IMG/VR virus record: IMGVR_UViG_3300035162_000505
DNA from: an uncultured virus (IMG/VR IMGVR_UViG_3300035162_000505)
Taxonomy: Duplodnaviria > Heunggongvirae > Uroviricota > Caudoviricetes
DNA length: 64,000 nucleotides
Direction: 5' to 3' (one strand)
Positions 1 through 8,791 of this stretch are shown here, in pieces. The position numbers were made by a program, and so were the translations under genes. Below the pieces are notes generated by a model. That model was not told the DNA's origin. It did not search any database and saw only the letters and a list, made by a program, of their open reading frames with translations. The stretch's first letter is position 1. The number at the start of each line of letters is the position of its first letter.

Positions 1-15
1 GTGCGTATTTCATAT

Positions 16-72
16 CGAATCACTTTCTTTATTACCTACTACCTTTATAGTATAAATAGAGGTGAATGTCAA
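16..72 (-). promoter_or_regulatory. sigma70-type early promoter plus leader for a gene running off the left edge
   Basis: Minus strand reads TTGACA-17nt-TATAAA...AGAAAG TGATTCG AT ATG. Confidence 0.75.
51..58 (+). promoter_or_regulatory. T4-type late promoter
   Basis: TATAAATA 32 nt upstream of the ATG at 91. Confidence 0.75.
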
Positions 73-90
73 CCCTTGTGAGAGAAATAA

Positions 91-738
91 ATGAAAAATT
101 TTAAAACTATAATGATAAGAGTTAAAGATAATTATTTATCAGATCAATATGCAGAGCATTGCTCTAAATCTTGGAATGACTTTGATTTAAAATATTTTGA
201 TGCTATCACGCCAAACAATCTCTCCCAGCAATCAGGATTAACTTTTGGTAAAAGAGGAAACGGTGCAGAACTTACTGATACTGAGAAGGCTTGTTTTTAT
301 AGCCAATATCATCTTTGGAAAAAATGTGCGTTTGAGAGAGTTCCTATTTTAATTTTAGAACATGACGCATGGTTACAAAGGCCAGAATTTATAACCTATA
401 ATCCAAGTTTATTCGTTCAGTTTTTTGGGCAACACGCTATGGAAGCAGTGATGTTTCATCCACAGTTCTGTGACAGAATATTAGATCACGTATCAAAGAA
501 TCCTGTTAGTGGACCAATGAATTTAGTTGATGGCTTGCTGGGCTACTTTAATAGAGGAGAGCAAAGTAGGTATGGATTACCTCATTCTAGATATATGGGG
601 AAGTTGGCACCAGTACATTCTGTAGTAGATCCTGTTTTAGGAACCACTGTTACTCATCCATCTGGAACAACTGTTGATAGATTAGAAAAAGATGCGGATT
701 TGTTTAGATTGGTATCCCTTAAAAATAATAACCAATAG
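91..738 (+). CDS. GT25 (LpsA)-like glycosyltransferase
   Basis: FDAITP, TEKACFYSQYHLWKKC and ILEHDA motifs. Confidence 0.7.
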   Translation: MKNFKTIMIRVKDNYLSDQYAEHCSKSWNDFDLKYFDAITPNNLSQQSGLTFGKRGNGAELTDTEKACFYSQYHLWKKCAFERVPILILEHDAWLQRPEFITYNPSLFVQFFGQHAMEAVMFHPQFCDRILDHVSKNPVSGPMNLVDGLLGYFNRGEQSRYGLPHSRYMGKLAPVHSVVDPVLGTTVTHPSGTTVDRLEKDADLFRLVSLKNNNQ

Positions 739-1315
739 CCATAAATCTTGTATAGTTATCTAGTTTTTTGTTACCCTTATAAAGTATGTTAGTTAAATTA
801 TTCTGTTTAGCTAATTGTTTTTCACTATCGACACAGTTTATATGCTGATCTTTTATATCTCTATAGTTATTTGATTGTAGAGCATACGTAGGTCCAAACA
901 CCGCTGGTATATCTTTCATGTGTTCGCAACTAGTATTGATTATCAAATCATAAGATTGGTGATCAGAAAACTTTGTAGCGTCCATAGTGATACTACTATA
1001 GTTTTTAAATAAATTGTTTACATTAAAGTAAAGATCTCTGTCTCTGTGACAATCTGGATTACTATCTAAAAAGTCAAAGTGCTCAACGTCACAGTGTGTG
1101 GACATAAGTTCATACAAGAGTAAAGAGTTCCAACTCCCCAATACAAGAACTTTCTTCCAGTTCATATTAACATTGGCTATCTCTTGCACTAGCCAAGACT
1201 TACATTCTATTTGTTTAGGTCTGAAACTCTCTAATAATTTTTTTGCGCTTGTTTTATTTTTTTGCATAGCAAAACCTGTTTCAGCCACTCTACCTAAAAC
1301 TTTTTCATCTATCAT
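719..1315 (-). CDS. SAM-dependent methyltransferase-like protein
   Basis: VLVLGSW motif I-like segment, FLD, YDLIINTSCEHM. Confidence 0.6.
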   Translation of the reverse strand: MIDEKVLGRVAETGFAMQKNKTSAKKLLESFRPKQIECKSWLVQEIANVNMNWKKVLVLGSWNSLLLYELMSTHCDVEHFDFLDSNPDCHRDRDLYFNVNNLFKNYSSITMDATKFSDHQSYDLIINTSCEHMKDIPAVFGPTYALQSNNYRDIKDQHINCVDSEKQLAKQNNLTNILYKGNKKLDNYTRFMAIGYYF

Positions 1316-1854
1316 ATCGTTTCTTTCAATATAGGAATCAGATCGTGATTAATCTTTGATAGCCAAGTATCTATCTCGTATTTAGCGCATTGTTTGAATC
1401 TCTGCTTCCGTTTGCTCATCCACTTAAAATCAAATATAATAAGTTGATTGCCATTTCTACTCATATTGGCTTTGGCACCATTGAATTTGTAAACACCAAC
1501 ATCTCTGAAATGTCTATAAACATCTATAATTTGATCTTCTATATTCATTCCACTATAGTTTTGTTGTAGTAAATCTGGCCCATAATACTCTAATGTAATT
1601 GAACGATCTTCTTCATTATAATCCACAAGTCTAGGAGTCCATGGCATATCTTGAAACATCTTCATATATGTCACTTCTGATTTCCATCGCCTATGTAAAA
1701 ACAACTCTTTCTTATCAATTCTATTTCCACTACACGACAACCCCCCATTAATGTAATGTCTTTTAATAAGAGTTTTATCTTGATTAAGATATAAGGAAGC
1801 AACAGTTCCTAACTTATGATGATTGTGATGTGGAAAGAATGGATACCAAGTCAT
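1312..1854 (-). CDS. protein kinase-like (Kdo/RIO-like fold) protein
   Basis: LIKRHY, E...TPRLVDY, ITLEYYG, NM...LIIFDFKW. Confidence 0.55.
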   Translation of the reverse strand: MTWYPFFPHHNHHKLGTVASLYLNQDKTLIKRHYINGGLSCSGNRIDKKELFLHRRWKSEVTYMKMFQDMPWTPRLVDYNEEDRSITLEYYGPDLLQQNYSGMNIEDQIIDVYRHFRDVGVYKFNGAKANMSRNGNQLIIFDFKWMSKRKQRFKQCAKYEIDTWLSKINHDLIPILKETI

Positions 1855-1861
1855 TGTGTCA

Positions 1862-2725
1862 CTACTGTTTCTCTATATTTTGAAAAAACTTTTTCACGTT
1901 TGGGTTTAGCATTTCAGATATACACACCCTGTTAATATCATCATCACGTTTACAATCATTATATCTATTAAAGTAATCCAAACCAAATATCACAGTACGT
2001 GATGGTATAAGGTTATATTCTTCGCATACTTTTAGTTGTGCATTTCTATATGTATCATATGCCCAATCAGGGGATCTATTTAAAATCAAGTCAAGATGTA
2101 GGTTTGCCTGTGTGATTAATGGGTAGTGCCATCTGTCGTAATGTTTACAAGGGAAGTTATCTTTAGTGAACAGCATACCAACCCTGTGCAACCCTGTCCC
2201 AAAAGTTTTGGAAAGACTAAAGCATACGCTGTGAATGTTTCTAAACTTTGAGAAGTCAAAATCTATATCGCTACAGATACCAAAAAATGCACAATCTACA
2301 AATATAGGTTTATTGTACTTGTCGGCAATCTTCAGTAGTTCCATGGCACAGTTACCCGTAGCACTGAATGGATGGCTGACAACTATACAATCAGCCTTAG
2401 TCAAATCATGAGTCACATTCTTGTTTACTAATTGATGATAACCATACTCACCTTTAAATATTCCTATGGTTTTATACAGTCCATACAGTTGATTAAACGC
2501 ATCTGTTACCCCAGATACAACAACAGGCGCAGTGTTATCTACGCCCTTCACAGGTTGATTTGAACTGTGTATCCAATCGTAGTAAGTGTCCCTAAATTCT
2601 TTATATTTTCGGTAGTCAATGGGGACTGCTATATCAATCGGTAGTGCCTGTCTACTGTAGAGCAACACGCACGTATTCCTCTCCAAGAAGTTGTAGCATC
2701 CTAGTGGTAGCCTGACGTTTAACAC
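1862..2725 (-). CDS. PLP-dependent aminotransferase/decarboxylase-like protein (true start probably a GTG near 2678)
   Basis: FVDCAF and FSLSKTFG...RVG, typical of the fold-type I PLP lysine motif. Confidence 0.65.
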   Translation of the reverse strand: MLNVRLPLGCYNFLERNTCVLLYSRQALPIDIAVPIDYRKYKEFRDTYYDWIHSSNQPVKGVDNTAPVVVSGVTDAFNQLYGLYKTIGIFKGEYGYHQLVNKNVTHDLTKADCIVVSHPFSATGNCAMELLKIADKYNKPIFVDCAFFGICSDIDFDFSKFRNIHSVCFSLSKTFGTGLHRVGMLFTKDNFPCKHYDRWHYPLITQANLHLDLILNRSPDWAYDTYRNAQLKVCEEYNLIPSRTVIFGLDYFNRYNDCKRDDDINRVCISEMLNPNVKKFFQNIEKQ

Positions 2726-2855
2726 ACTCGTTACGCCACATCTCTACTAGCCCTGTTGGTTCTGAAGTGCGATACAAAATTTCGTCAGCCCAAGCAATCC
2801 CTTGATCTTGTAAGGCGATAGCGGCATCATGTGCTTTACGATCAAACATTGGCAT
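2652..2855 (-). CDS. hypothetical protein
   Basis: ORF in tandem with neighbours in an early operon. Confidence 0.5.
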   Translation of the reverse strand: MPMFDRKAHDAAIALQDQGIAWADEILYRTSEPTGLVEMWRNECVKRQATTRMLQLLGEEYVRVALQ

Positions 2856-3054
2856 CAGCCCTCACCCACGTATCAAATTCAGTGCCTTTCCAGTGCCAGC
2901 CCTGAGACATTTTATATACCTCATATGCTACAAGAACTTTATGAGGTTGACCAATGTAGTTTCCATTGTCCATATTCTCAATTAACCAATCGAAGCTCTT
3001 ACCGAAGTATTCACTCCGCTTATTGAGAACAGTCATTGCACCTTTAATTTTCAT
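2842..3054 (-). CDS. hypothetical early protein
   Basis: AAGGAG-TGATTCG-A-ATG directly after an early promoter. Confidence 0.6.
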   Translation of the reverse strand: MKIKGAMTVLNKRSEYFGKSFDWLIENMDNGNYIGQPHKVLVAYEVYKMSQGWHWKGTEFDTWVRADANV

Positions 3055-3055
3055 T

Positions 3056-3108
3056 CGAATCACTCCTTATTACTCTTATAGATTAGCATACGTTTAACTT
3101 GATGTCAA
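3056..3108 (-). promoter_or_regulatory. early promoter/leader cassette (53-bp dispersed repeat)
   Basis: TTGACATCAAGTTAAACGTATGCTAATCTATAAGAGTAATAAGGAGTGATTCG; 3 mismatches to the copy at 12974-13026. Confidence 0.85.
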
Positions 3109-3839
3109 CCCCTAACATTCATGCGATTTGGCTCTCGACCAGTTTGTACACTAAAACTCTTTTTAGTTTCATCTACAGCAAAGTTTTTAGTTCTCATATA
3201 TTCTTCAAAGGGTTGTTTGTAGTTTGCTCTCATATCAGGATGAAGCATATAAAATTCTATGAATACTTCGTTTCTTAGCAAAGGAAATATCGTCTGTATA
3301 TTAAAATGTGCGTAGGCTCTATGAGCCTGATACATAAATCTACATAGTAACATAAAGTCATTAGTATAAAATTCGTCAGTTCCTAATCCAGAATATAGAT
3401 ATGAGTTAGGTATATGTTTACTTAAAATGAAATGACTTTGAGGTCGATACTTACCAAATTCAGCATCAGTAAATCCAGCCTTTTCCATATCGTTCCACGC
3501 ATCATCTACTTCAGCATCTGTTTGATCTGGGATAATTTTTGTTGGAACATCTAAGTATTTTATTCTATTATGTAAAACATCAAGGTTCTCATTACCTTCC
3601 ACGCAACACAGAGTAAACTTTTTATTAGAAGCATGAAGAGCCGTTGCTATAGTTCCACTATCTGCACCACTTCCCATACCAAGTACGGGAATGGTTTCAG
3701 ATGGATAACATATATCAACAGCATATTCTATAGCTTTAAAGAAGTCTGAATAACCAGTTTTATATTCCAATGGACTTAAAACCAACCTACAACTATGCCA
3801 ACTATCCAGAAAAGAACCATAGCAACTATGGCTCCACAT
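3105..3839 (-). CDS. asparagine synthetase C-terminal (PP-loop) domain-like protein; true start probably a TTG near 3770
   Basis: GSGADSG PP-loop-like, YSGLGTDEFY, IFPLL; a separate small membrane ORF (MMKKYEDYIICG...) overlaps the first part of this frame. Confidence 0.55.
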   Translation of the reverse strand: MWSHSCYGSFLDSWHSCRLVLSPLEYKTGYSDFFKAIEYAVDICYPSETIPVLGMGSGADSGTIATALHASNKKFTLCCVEGNENLDVLHNRIKYLDVPTKIIPDQTDAEVDDAWNDMEKAGFTDAEFGKYRPQSHFILSKHIPNSYLYSGLGTDEFYTNDFMLLCRFMYQAHRAYAHFNIQTIFPLLRNEVFIEFYMLHPDMRANYKQPFEEYMRTKNFAVDETKKSFSVQTGREPNRMNVRG

Positions 3840-4034
3840 ATAATATAGTCTTCATACTTCTTCATCATATACTCCGTATCCACTTGAGTTCTTTTTGAAA
3901 GTCTTCGATCATACCTTTAGTAGCATTTATGGCTCGTAGGCAATCATCAGAAGGGTTTTTAGTTTGCTCAATCACTAGTTGAGCAAGATTAGATTTACAA
4001 GCTTTTATATAGTTTTCTACTTGCTGTATCATTA

Positions 4035-4235
4035 TTACACCATATCCATAGGATCGATTTTAACAAAAGCGTGTTGTGGGTTTTTATATCCCATGCTCTC
4101 TACTTCATCGAAACCATAAAGAACCATGCCTTCTAGCAATGGATTTTCGCCCTTCTCATACTCAACAAGATCATATCCTACTGGAATAGAACCTTCAAAA
4201 CTGTCAATGTTGATTTTCATAACTTGCTCTTGCAT
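4035..4235 (-). CDS. hypothetical early protein
   Basis: AGAAAG RBS; promoter at 4268-4295. Confidence 0.55.
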   Translation of the reverse strand: MQEQVMKINIDSFEGSIPVGYDLVEYEKGENPLLEGMVLYGFDEVESMGYKNPQHAFVKIDPMDMV

Positions 4236-4237
4236 AA

Positions 4238-4295
4238 TGATTCGCTTTCTATCTTATTACTCCTATAAGATAGCATAAGTTTAACTTCATGTCAA
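4238..4295 (-). promoter_or_regulatory. early promoter/leader
   Basis: TTGACATGAAGTTAAACTTATGCTATCT; TGATTCG in reversed orientation at 4238-4244. Confidence 0.8.
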
Positions 4296-4304
4296 GTGTT
4301 ATTT

Positions 4305-4532
4305 TTAAGTTCTAGAGTCCCAATGAGTTTTACTTAACTCTCCACGAAGGGCTGTTTCTCCAGTTCTACGCACTTCAGTATAAACTTTGTGCGTTCCATC
4401 AGTCCTAATACCATTGGTTTGCTTCTGCCACAATGGTCTTAGTGGACTAGTTGCTCCGGGGTCTGATGGCGAGTTATTATACTGCCAACCAGTTGCGGCT
4501 CCAGCACCATTAGTTACATTTACAAATGCCAT
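4305..4532 (-). CDS. hypothetical protein
   Basis: GAGGA RBS; clean ORF. Confidence 0.55.
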   Translation of the reverse strand: MAFVNVTNGAGAATGWQYNNSPSDPGATSPLRPLWQKQTNGIRTDGTHKVYTEVRRTGETALRGELSKTHWDSRT

Positions 4533-4544
4533 GATTGTTTCCTC

Positions 4545-4943
4545 TTAATATCTAATGATTTTGTTTGGCGTCTTGAAGTTCTTCTTACGCATTATTGTTT
4601 TCATCACAACATCAAACTCATCATTACGTTGGTCATACGTAACTGCGACAGGAATGTTCAAGTCTTTCTGAATGTCTTTCACAACAGCTTCAGCACCCGC
4701 TATGCCCTTCAGAGACTTACCCTGCTTTGCATAGATCTTCTTAATGAACTCTGCTAGTTCTTTGAGTGTTATACAAGGGTTGTTACGCTCATCACTCATA
4801 CGATCAGCAAAGTGTCTAGTAAACTTAAAGTCAATATCAAACTTCTTAAACAGTTGATCAACAATCTTTTCGAACTGTTGTATCTGCTTCATGCCTATCA
4901 GGTCACACTGAGCTTCTGTTAAGTGATGTTTGAATGACAGCAT
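4545..4943 (-). CDS. hypothetical protein with capsid-targeting-like N-terminus; weak RelE/DUF4258-like signature
   Basis: Starts MLSFKHHLTE; FTRHFADRM...VVMKTIMR. Confidence 0.55.
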   Translation of the reverse strand: MLSFKHHLTEAQCDLIGMKQIQQFEKIVDQLFKKFDIDFKFTRHFADRMSDERNNPCITLKELAEFIKKIYAKQGKSLKGIAGAEAVVKDIQKDLNIPVAVTYDQRNDEFDVVMKTIMRKKNFKTPNKIIRY

Positions 4944-4944
4944 C

Positions 4945-5502
4945 TCAGTATTCCTTGATCTTTTTTTCAATAGCACTAATAATCTTATTATGAGATTTAC
5001 TTAAGTATCTATCTTTTCTAAGACGATCTAATGCTAAACGAGTTTGACTAGCATATCTCTTTTGAAATTCGGGTGGCCTAGTATCGATATCTTGTACATT
5101 AGCAAGACGATCAGCAAGTTTAACAACTAATGCCCAACTAGACATTTTAGCCATTTTTCCAGCAATGTATTCACCCTTACCGATAGCATCAGAAGCTTCT
5201 TTATCTGTGGTTAATTGCTGAACCATATCTGCTACCAACGCACCAAATTGTTTAACTAAGTCTTTATAAGTTGTGTCAGTATCTTCTAATGTGTCATGTA
5301 AATATGCGGCTTGTATCATAGCAGAAAGATTGTTAGACTTTTTAAACTGTTTAACAAACCTAGCCACTTCTTTAGGGTGATTTATATAATCTCCACCACT
5401 CTTTCTAGTTTGTCCAGAATGAGCCTTAGTAGCAACTCTTAAGGCTTTAAGAGCATTCTCATTTAATGGCTGATCTACTAAGTGATGTTTGAATGACAGC
5501 AT
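4945..5502 (-). CDS. HD-domain small alarmone hydrolase-like (Mesh1/RelA-SpoT hydrolase family)
   Basis: HSGQTRKSGGDYINHP, AAYLHDTLED, VKLADRLAN. Confidence 0.85.
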   Translation of the reverse strand: MLSFKHHLVDQPLNENALKALRVATKAHSGQTRKSGGDYINHPKEVARFVKQFKKSNNLSAMIQAAYLHDTLEDTDTTYKDLVKQFGALVADMVQQLTTDKEASDAIGKGEYIAGKMAKMSSWALVVKLADRLANVQDIDTRPPEFQKRYASQTRLALDRLRKDRYLSKSHNKIISAIEKKIKEY

Positions 5503-6449
5503 TACCAATCAATTCCTTTAGGAACATATTTGACAATCTTCATACGGATTTCTTTTTCTAGTTTTGCTACTGGTGTCGGCACTTTACCTCTACGTTTGAC
5601 ATAGAAGTAGTTCGCATCTACAACATACTGTCCACCTTTTGTACTGCCCTTCATACCAATCTTTTTACCTGACTTATCAGACTTAGCAAGATTGCTATCA
5701 ACACCAATTTTATTAAATGCAAACGCTATGTCTCCATCCATATATTTACGTAGACCTTTACCCATATTGAGAATATCATTCATAGTAGCAGAAGCCCCTC
5801 TGTGAGTATTCACTAGAATGTCTGCGGGAACTACACGCCCTCTCTTAGGGTCTTTGTTCTGTGCCTTTGCAACTTCAATATCATTTACCACCCAAACAAT
5901 GTGGACATTCTCTTTAGGATATCCGATAGCAGATACTTGACGTGTAATCTTCTCTAACTTCTGTAAGTCTTTTAAAGTCACATCAAATATTATATTAGGT
6001 TTTCTATCAGGTGGTGCAGTCATTATAGAAGTATACAAAGTCTTCATTCGCCTATCATCAAGATTTAAATAGTCACCTACAATAGCATGAAGTTTACCAA
6101 CATTGTCTTCATTGCTTAAGTCAGATCCTATTTTCTTTATGTCTTTACCCATCTCTTTCTTCACACGCTTTTGGATCATAGGAGAAGCCACAGCAAGTCT
6201 TTTTAGTTCATCTACGTCAAAAGTATAACCTTCAATGCCTACCAGAGTATCCTTCACAAAACCCTTACCTGATCCAGCACCACCAGCCATGATAACCACG
6301 TTGCCAAACTTAGGATATGCCTTACCACCAAATGTAATAAGTTTCTCTAATAGTTCTTCGTACTGCGCTTCGATATACTGTTCCCTGATAGGATCAGATA
6401 TCTTTACACCATCTACGAGTTCATCTATGAATGAAGAGAAATTATGCAT
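5502..6449 (-). CDS. P-loop kinase, zeta-toxin/AAA_33-like
   Basis: IMAGGAGSGKG Walker A, DVDELK, NIIFDVT, AQN...RGRVVP. Confidence 0.7.
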   Translation of the reverse strand: MHNFSSFIDELVDGVKISDPIREQYIEAQYEELLEKLITFGGKAYPKFGNVVIMAGGAGSGKGFVKDTLVGIEGYTFDVDELKRLAVASPMIQKRVKKEMGKDIKKIGSDLSNEDNVGKLHAIVGDYLNLDDRRMKTLYTSIMTAPPDRKPNIIFDVTLKDLQKLEKITRQVSAIGYPKENVHIVWVVNDIEVAKAQNKDPKRGRVVPADILVNTHRGASATMNDILNMGKGLRKYMDGDIAFAFNKIGVDSNLAKSDKSGKKIGMKGSTKGGQYVVDANYFYVKRRGKVPTPVAKLEKEIRMKIVKYVPKGIDW

Positions 6450-7567
6450 TACTTTAACCTTATCTTAAGACCTACACGTGTTGATCCTGATGATTTTCCA
6501 CCGTATGTTGCTAGAAGAAATGATTTGAAATTAGGTAGTTCTGGCAATTTTAATACGTTACCAGCACTACCACCGCCAACATAATATGATTTAAATGTAT
6601 TACTTTTTTTATTATGAACAATAAAATAATCATCTCCACCATCTTTACCTTCTTTAAAGTGATCAATAACAACTTTTCTTAATTTTGAAAGTATCGAACT
6701 ATCAGTAATAGCAAATTCAGAAGGCAACTTACCAGAAGATTTCACTCCTTCATCACCAGCAAATCCTATTGTCGAATTACGAGATTTGAAATAATCTATT
6801 ATTCCGACAAAAGTTGAGGGAAGTTTCATTCTTTTCATTTCAGTTGAAACTTTTTTACCATCTACTTTTAAACTATCTATATAAATGTCAGCAAGTTTTT
6901 GTATAACTTTTATTTCACGACCACCACGGTTTACAGACTTATCGAAAAATGTAATAAGAGGGTCACCGCCCCCAGCCGTACCTTTAATTTCAAACTGAGT
7001 TCTTTTCTTATTAATAGTCATGACTAGATCTGGTTTTGCAGATCCCGCCCTTGCTGTTTTAAATTCATTTTCTATTTCAATACCTTTTTTTATAACCAAC
7101 TCTTTTACGTGTAGTGCTACCGCATTTTGACTAAGGTGACCAGCTTGAACTCTCGCTTGGCCCTCACCAGCGGGTTTGTCTACAGCAGAAATTTTAACGT
7201 ATCCATCCATTTTCTTTTTATAACCTTTTAAGGAAACAGCCGCACAAATGCTCTTGCTTCCTTTAATGTCAAAGTCTTTGGCCCAATGAAGTGTGGCTGG
7301 AATAGTAAAATGAACTCTATCTCCTTTAGATAGTTTTTTCAATACTTCACCATCTTTTGAATACAATGAACTAGCCTTAAACATTGGAAAGCCTTCTGGA
7401 TATTTGTAATCTTTTCCCCTCATAGGAATATAAGGTGGTGGCCCTCCCTTAGGCTTAAAAGAAACATGATCACCAACATCAGTAATATCTTTACTAGTTC
7501 CAACGTTTGGTGGAAAGTGTTTTTTCTGAAAAGATGCTTCAGTCAGAAATGTTTGGAATGATTGCAT
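6449..7567 (-). CDS. putative PD-(D/E)xK nuclease-like protein with capsid-targeting-like N-terminus
   Basis: Starts MQSFQTFLTE; AGSAKPDLV...QFEIKG. Confidence 0.5.
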   Translation of the reverse strand: MQSFQTFLTEASFQKKHFPPNVGTSKDITDVGDHVSFKPKGGPPPYIPMRGKDYKYPEGFPMFKASSLYSKDGEVLKKLSKGDRVHFTIPATLHWAKDFDIKGSKSICAAVSLKGYKKKMDGYVKISAVDKPAGEGQARVQAGHLSQNAVALHVKELVIKKGIEIENEFKTARAGSAKPDLVMTINKKRTQFEIKGTAGGGDPLITFFDKSVNRGGREIKVIQKLADIYIDSLKVDGKKVSTEMKRMKLPSTFVGIIDYFKSRNSTIGFAGDEGVKSSGKLPSEFAITDSSILSKLRKVVIDHFKEGKDGGDDYFIVHNKKSNTFKSYYVGGGSAGNVLKLPELPNFKSFLLATYGGKSSGSTRVGLKIRLK

Positions 7568-7592
7568 ACGATTTTACTCTACTGTTTCATTG

Positions 7593-7600
7593 TATTTATA
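7593..7600 (-). promoter_or_regulatory. T4-type late promoter
   Basis: TATAAATA 25 nt upstream of the ATG at 7567. Confidence 0.8.
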
Positions 7601-7619
7601 ACACTTTGGTACTTGGAAT

Positions 7620-7820
7620 TTATCTAAGGTTGGGGGTGCTTCTCAGGAAAATGGGAACTTAGTTGTGTCACAATGCTTCATTTTCCTCCACATTCTCCCC
7701 CAACGTTAACGCAACTTAGATTGCGGCTTACTCGCTTCGGCTATTTTTTTGTGGTAGTGACACCACTTCTTATCATTGGGGATTGCCCCCCAACTAGGAC
7801 CAGAACAACTGGCACACGTC
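7620..7820 (-). ncRNA. candidate structured RNA downstream of tRNA-Arg
   Basis: GC-rich ORF-free gap with stems TTGGGGG-GCAA-TCCCCAA, GTGGT/ACCAC, GTTGGGGG/CCCCCAAC, AGGAAAATG/CATTTTCCT, TCTAAG/CTTAGA. Confidence 0.5.
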
Positions 7821-7822
7821 TC

Positions 7823-7899
7823 TGGTGGTCTCTACTGGACTCGAACCAGTAACCTACTGCTTAGAAGGCAGTTGCTCTATCCAGTTGAGCTAAGAAACC
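7823..7899 (-). tRNA. tRNA-Arg (anticodon TCT), CCA encoded
   Basis: GGTTTCTTAGCTCAACTGGATAGAGCAACTGCCTTCTAAGCAGTAGGTTACTGGTTCGAGTCCAGTAGAGACCACCA folds as a cloverleaf. Confidence 0.95.
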
Positions 7900-8732
7900 A
7901 ATTTACGTTCAGCACGTTTTTTTGCCCAACCCGCCCTCATCTTGTTTCTTTTTTCAAGTTCCTCAGGACTAGGATCGATTGGAATAGGATCTTCTTTTTC
8001 TTCCACCTGTTCGAGAGTAGGAAGAAATGTTCTGAAGGCATTTGTATTCATTTCAAAACCAATGAAGGTTCTTCCAAATCGTAAAGCAGTGCGAGAAGTA
8101 GTGAACCCACCACAGAATGGGTCCATAATAGTTTCTCCTCTATTACTACTATACAAAATAAACTTCTCAATAAAGTCTTCACTCAGTTGATTTTTATTCT
8201 TGATCTGCCCCGGTTTATAATCACGTGGCATAGGTTGTACATCAAGTCTATCGTGATAACTATCTTTTTGATCAGAGTAGTACACATTCGTATTGAATAC
8301 ACGCTTCTGCTTTCCCTTATCAGGTTTTTGCCAAAATAATATGTGATAATGACTACTTACCCATTTTTTCTTAGTGCTAACACCAAAAGAGTATTTTGAA
8401 ACGATATGATTTACTTCTTGCAAATCTGTACCATGCAAAGCATTTAGCACATGATGTAAATTTGTGTATCCACTAACAATGTAAATACTTCCACCCGGAC
8501 GTAAGCATCTAGCACATTCAGTAATCCAATCTTTAGAAAACTGATCATATGTTTCTAGAGGTACTTCAACATAACCATCAACCACATTACTCTCATCTCT
8601 GTGATAAAGAACGTCAAGTTTGTCACCTTCGATGCCATAAGGTGGATCAGTAAATATGCAATCTACTGTACCATCTTTCACATGATTACGCATACCAGTT
8701 ATGCAATCTTCATTATAAACATCATAAAACAT
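7890..8732 (-). CDS. DNA N6-adenine/N4-cytosine methyltransferase, beta class
   Basis: IFTDPPY precedes DPFCGGFTT...FIGFE. Confidence 0.9.
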   Translation of the reverse strand: MFYDVYNEDCITGMRNHVKDGTVDCIFTDPPYGIEGDKLDVLYHRDESNVVDGYVEVPLETYDQFSKDWITECARCLRPGGSIYIVSGYTNLHHVLNALHGTDLQEVNHIVSKYSFGVSTKKKWVSSHYHILFWQKPDKGKQKRVFNTNVYYSDQKDSYHDRLDVQPMPRDYKPGQIKNKNQLSEDFIEKFILYSSNRGETIMDPFCGGFTTSRTALRFGRTFIGFEMNTNAFRTFLPTLEQVEEKEDPIPIDPSPEELEKRNKMRAGWAKKRAERKLVS

Positions 8733-8791
8733 TAAGACTCCTACGTCAGCGACTAATACATTTTAACATATTGTAAAACTAATGTCAACAG

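Noticed and set aside
4545..6449. Classical toxin-antitoxin module
   Set aside because: No antitoxin-like DNA-binding ORF or operator; late promoter and CTS-like starts fit virion cargo better
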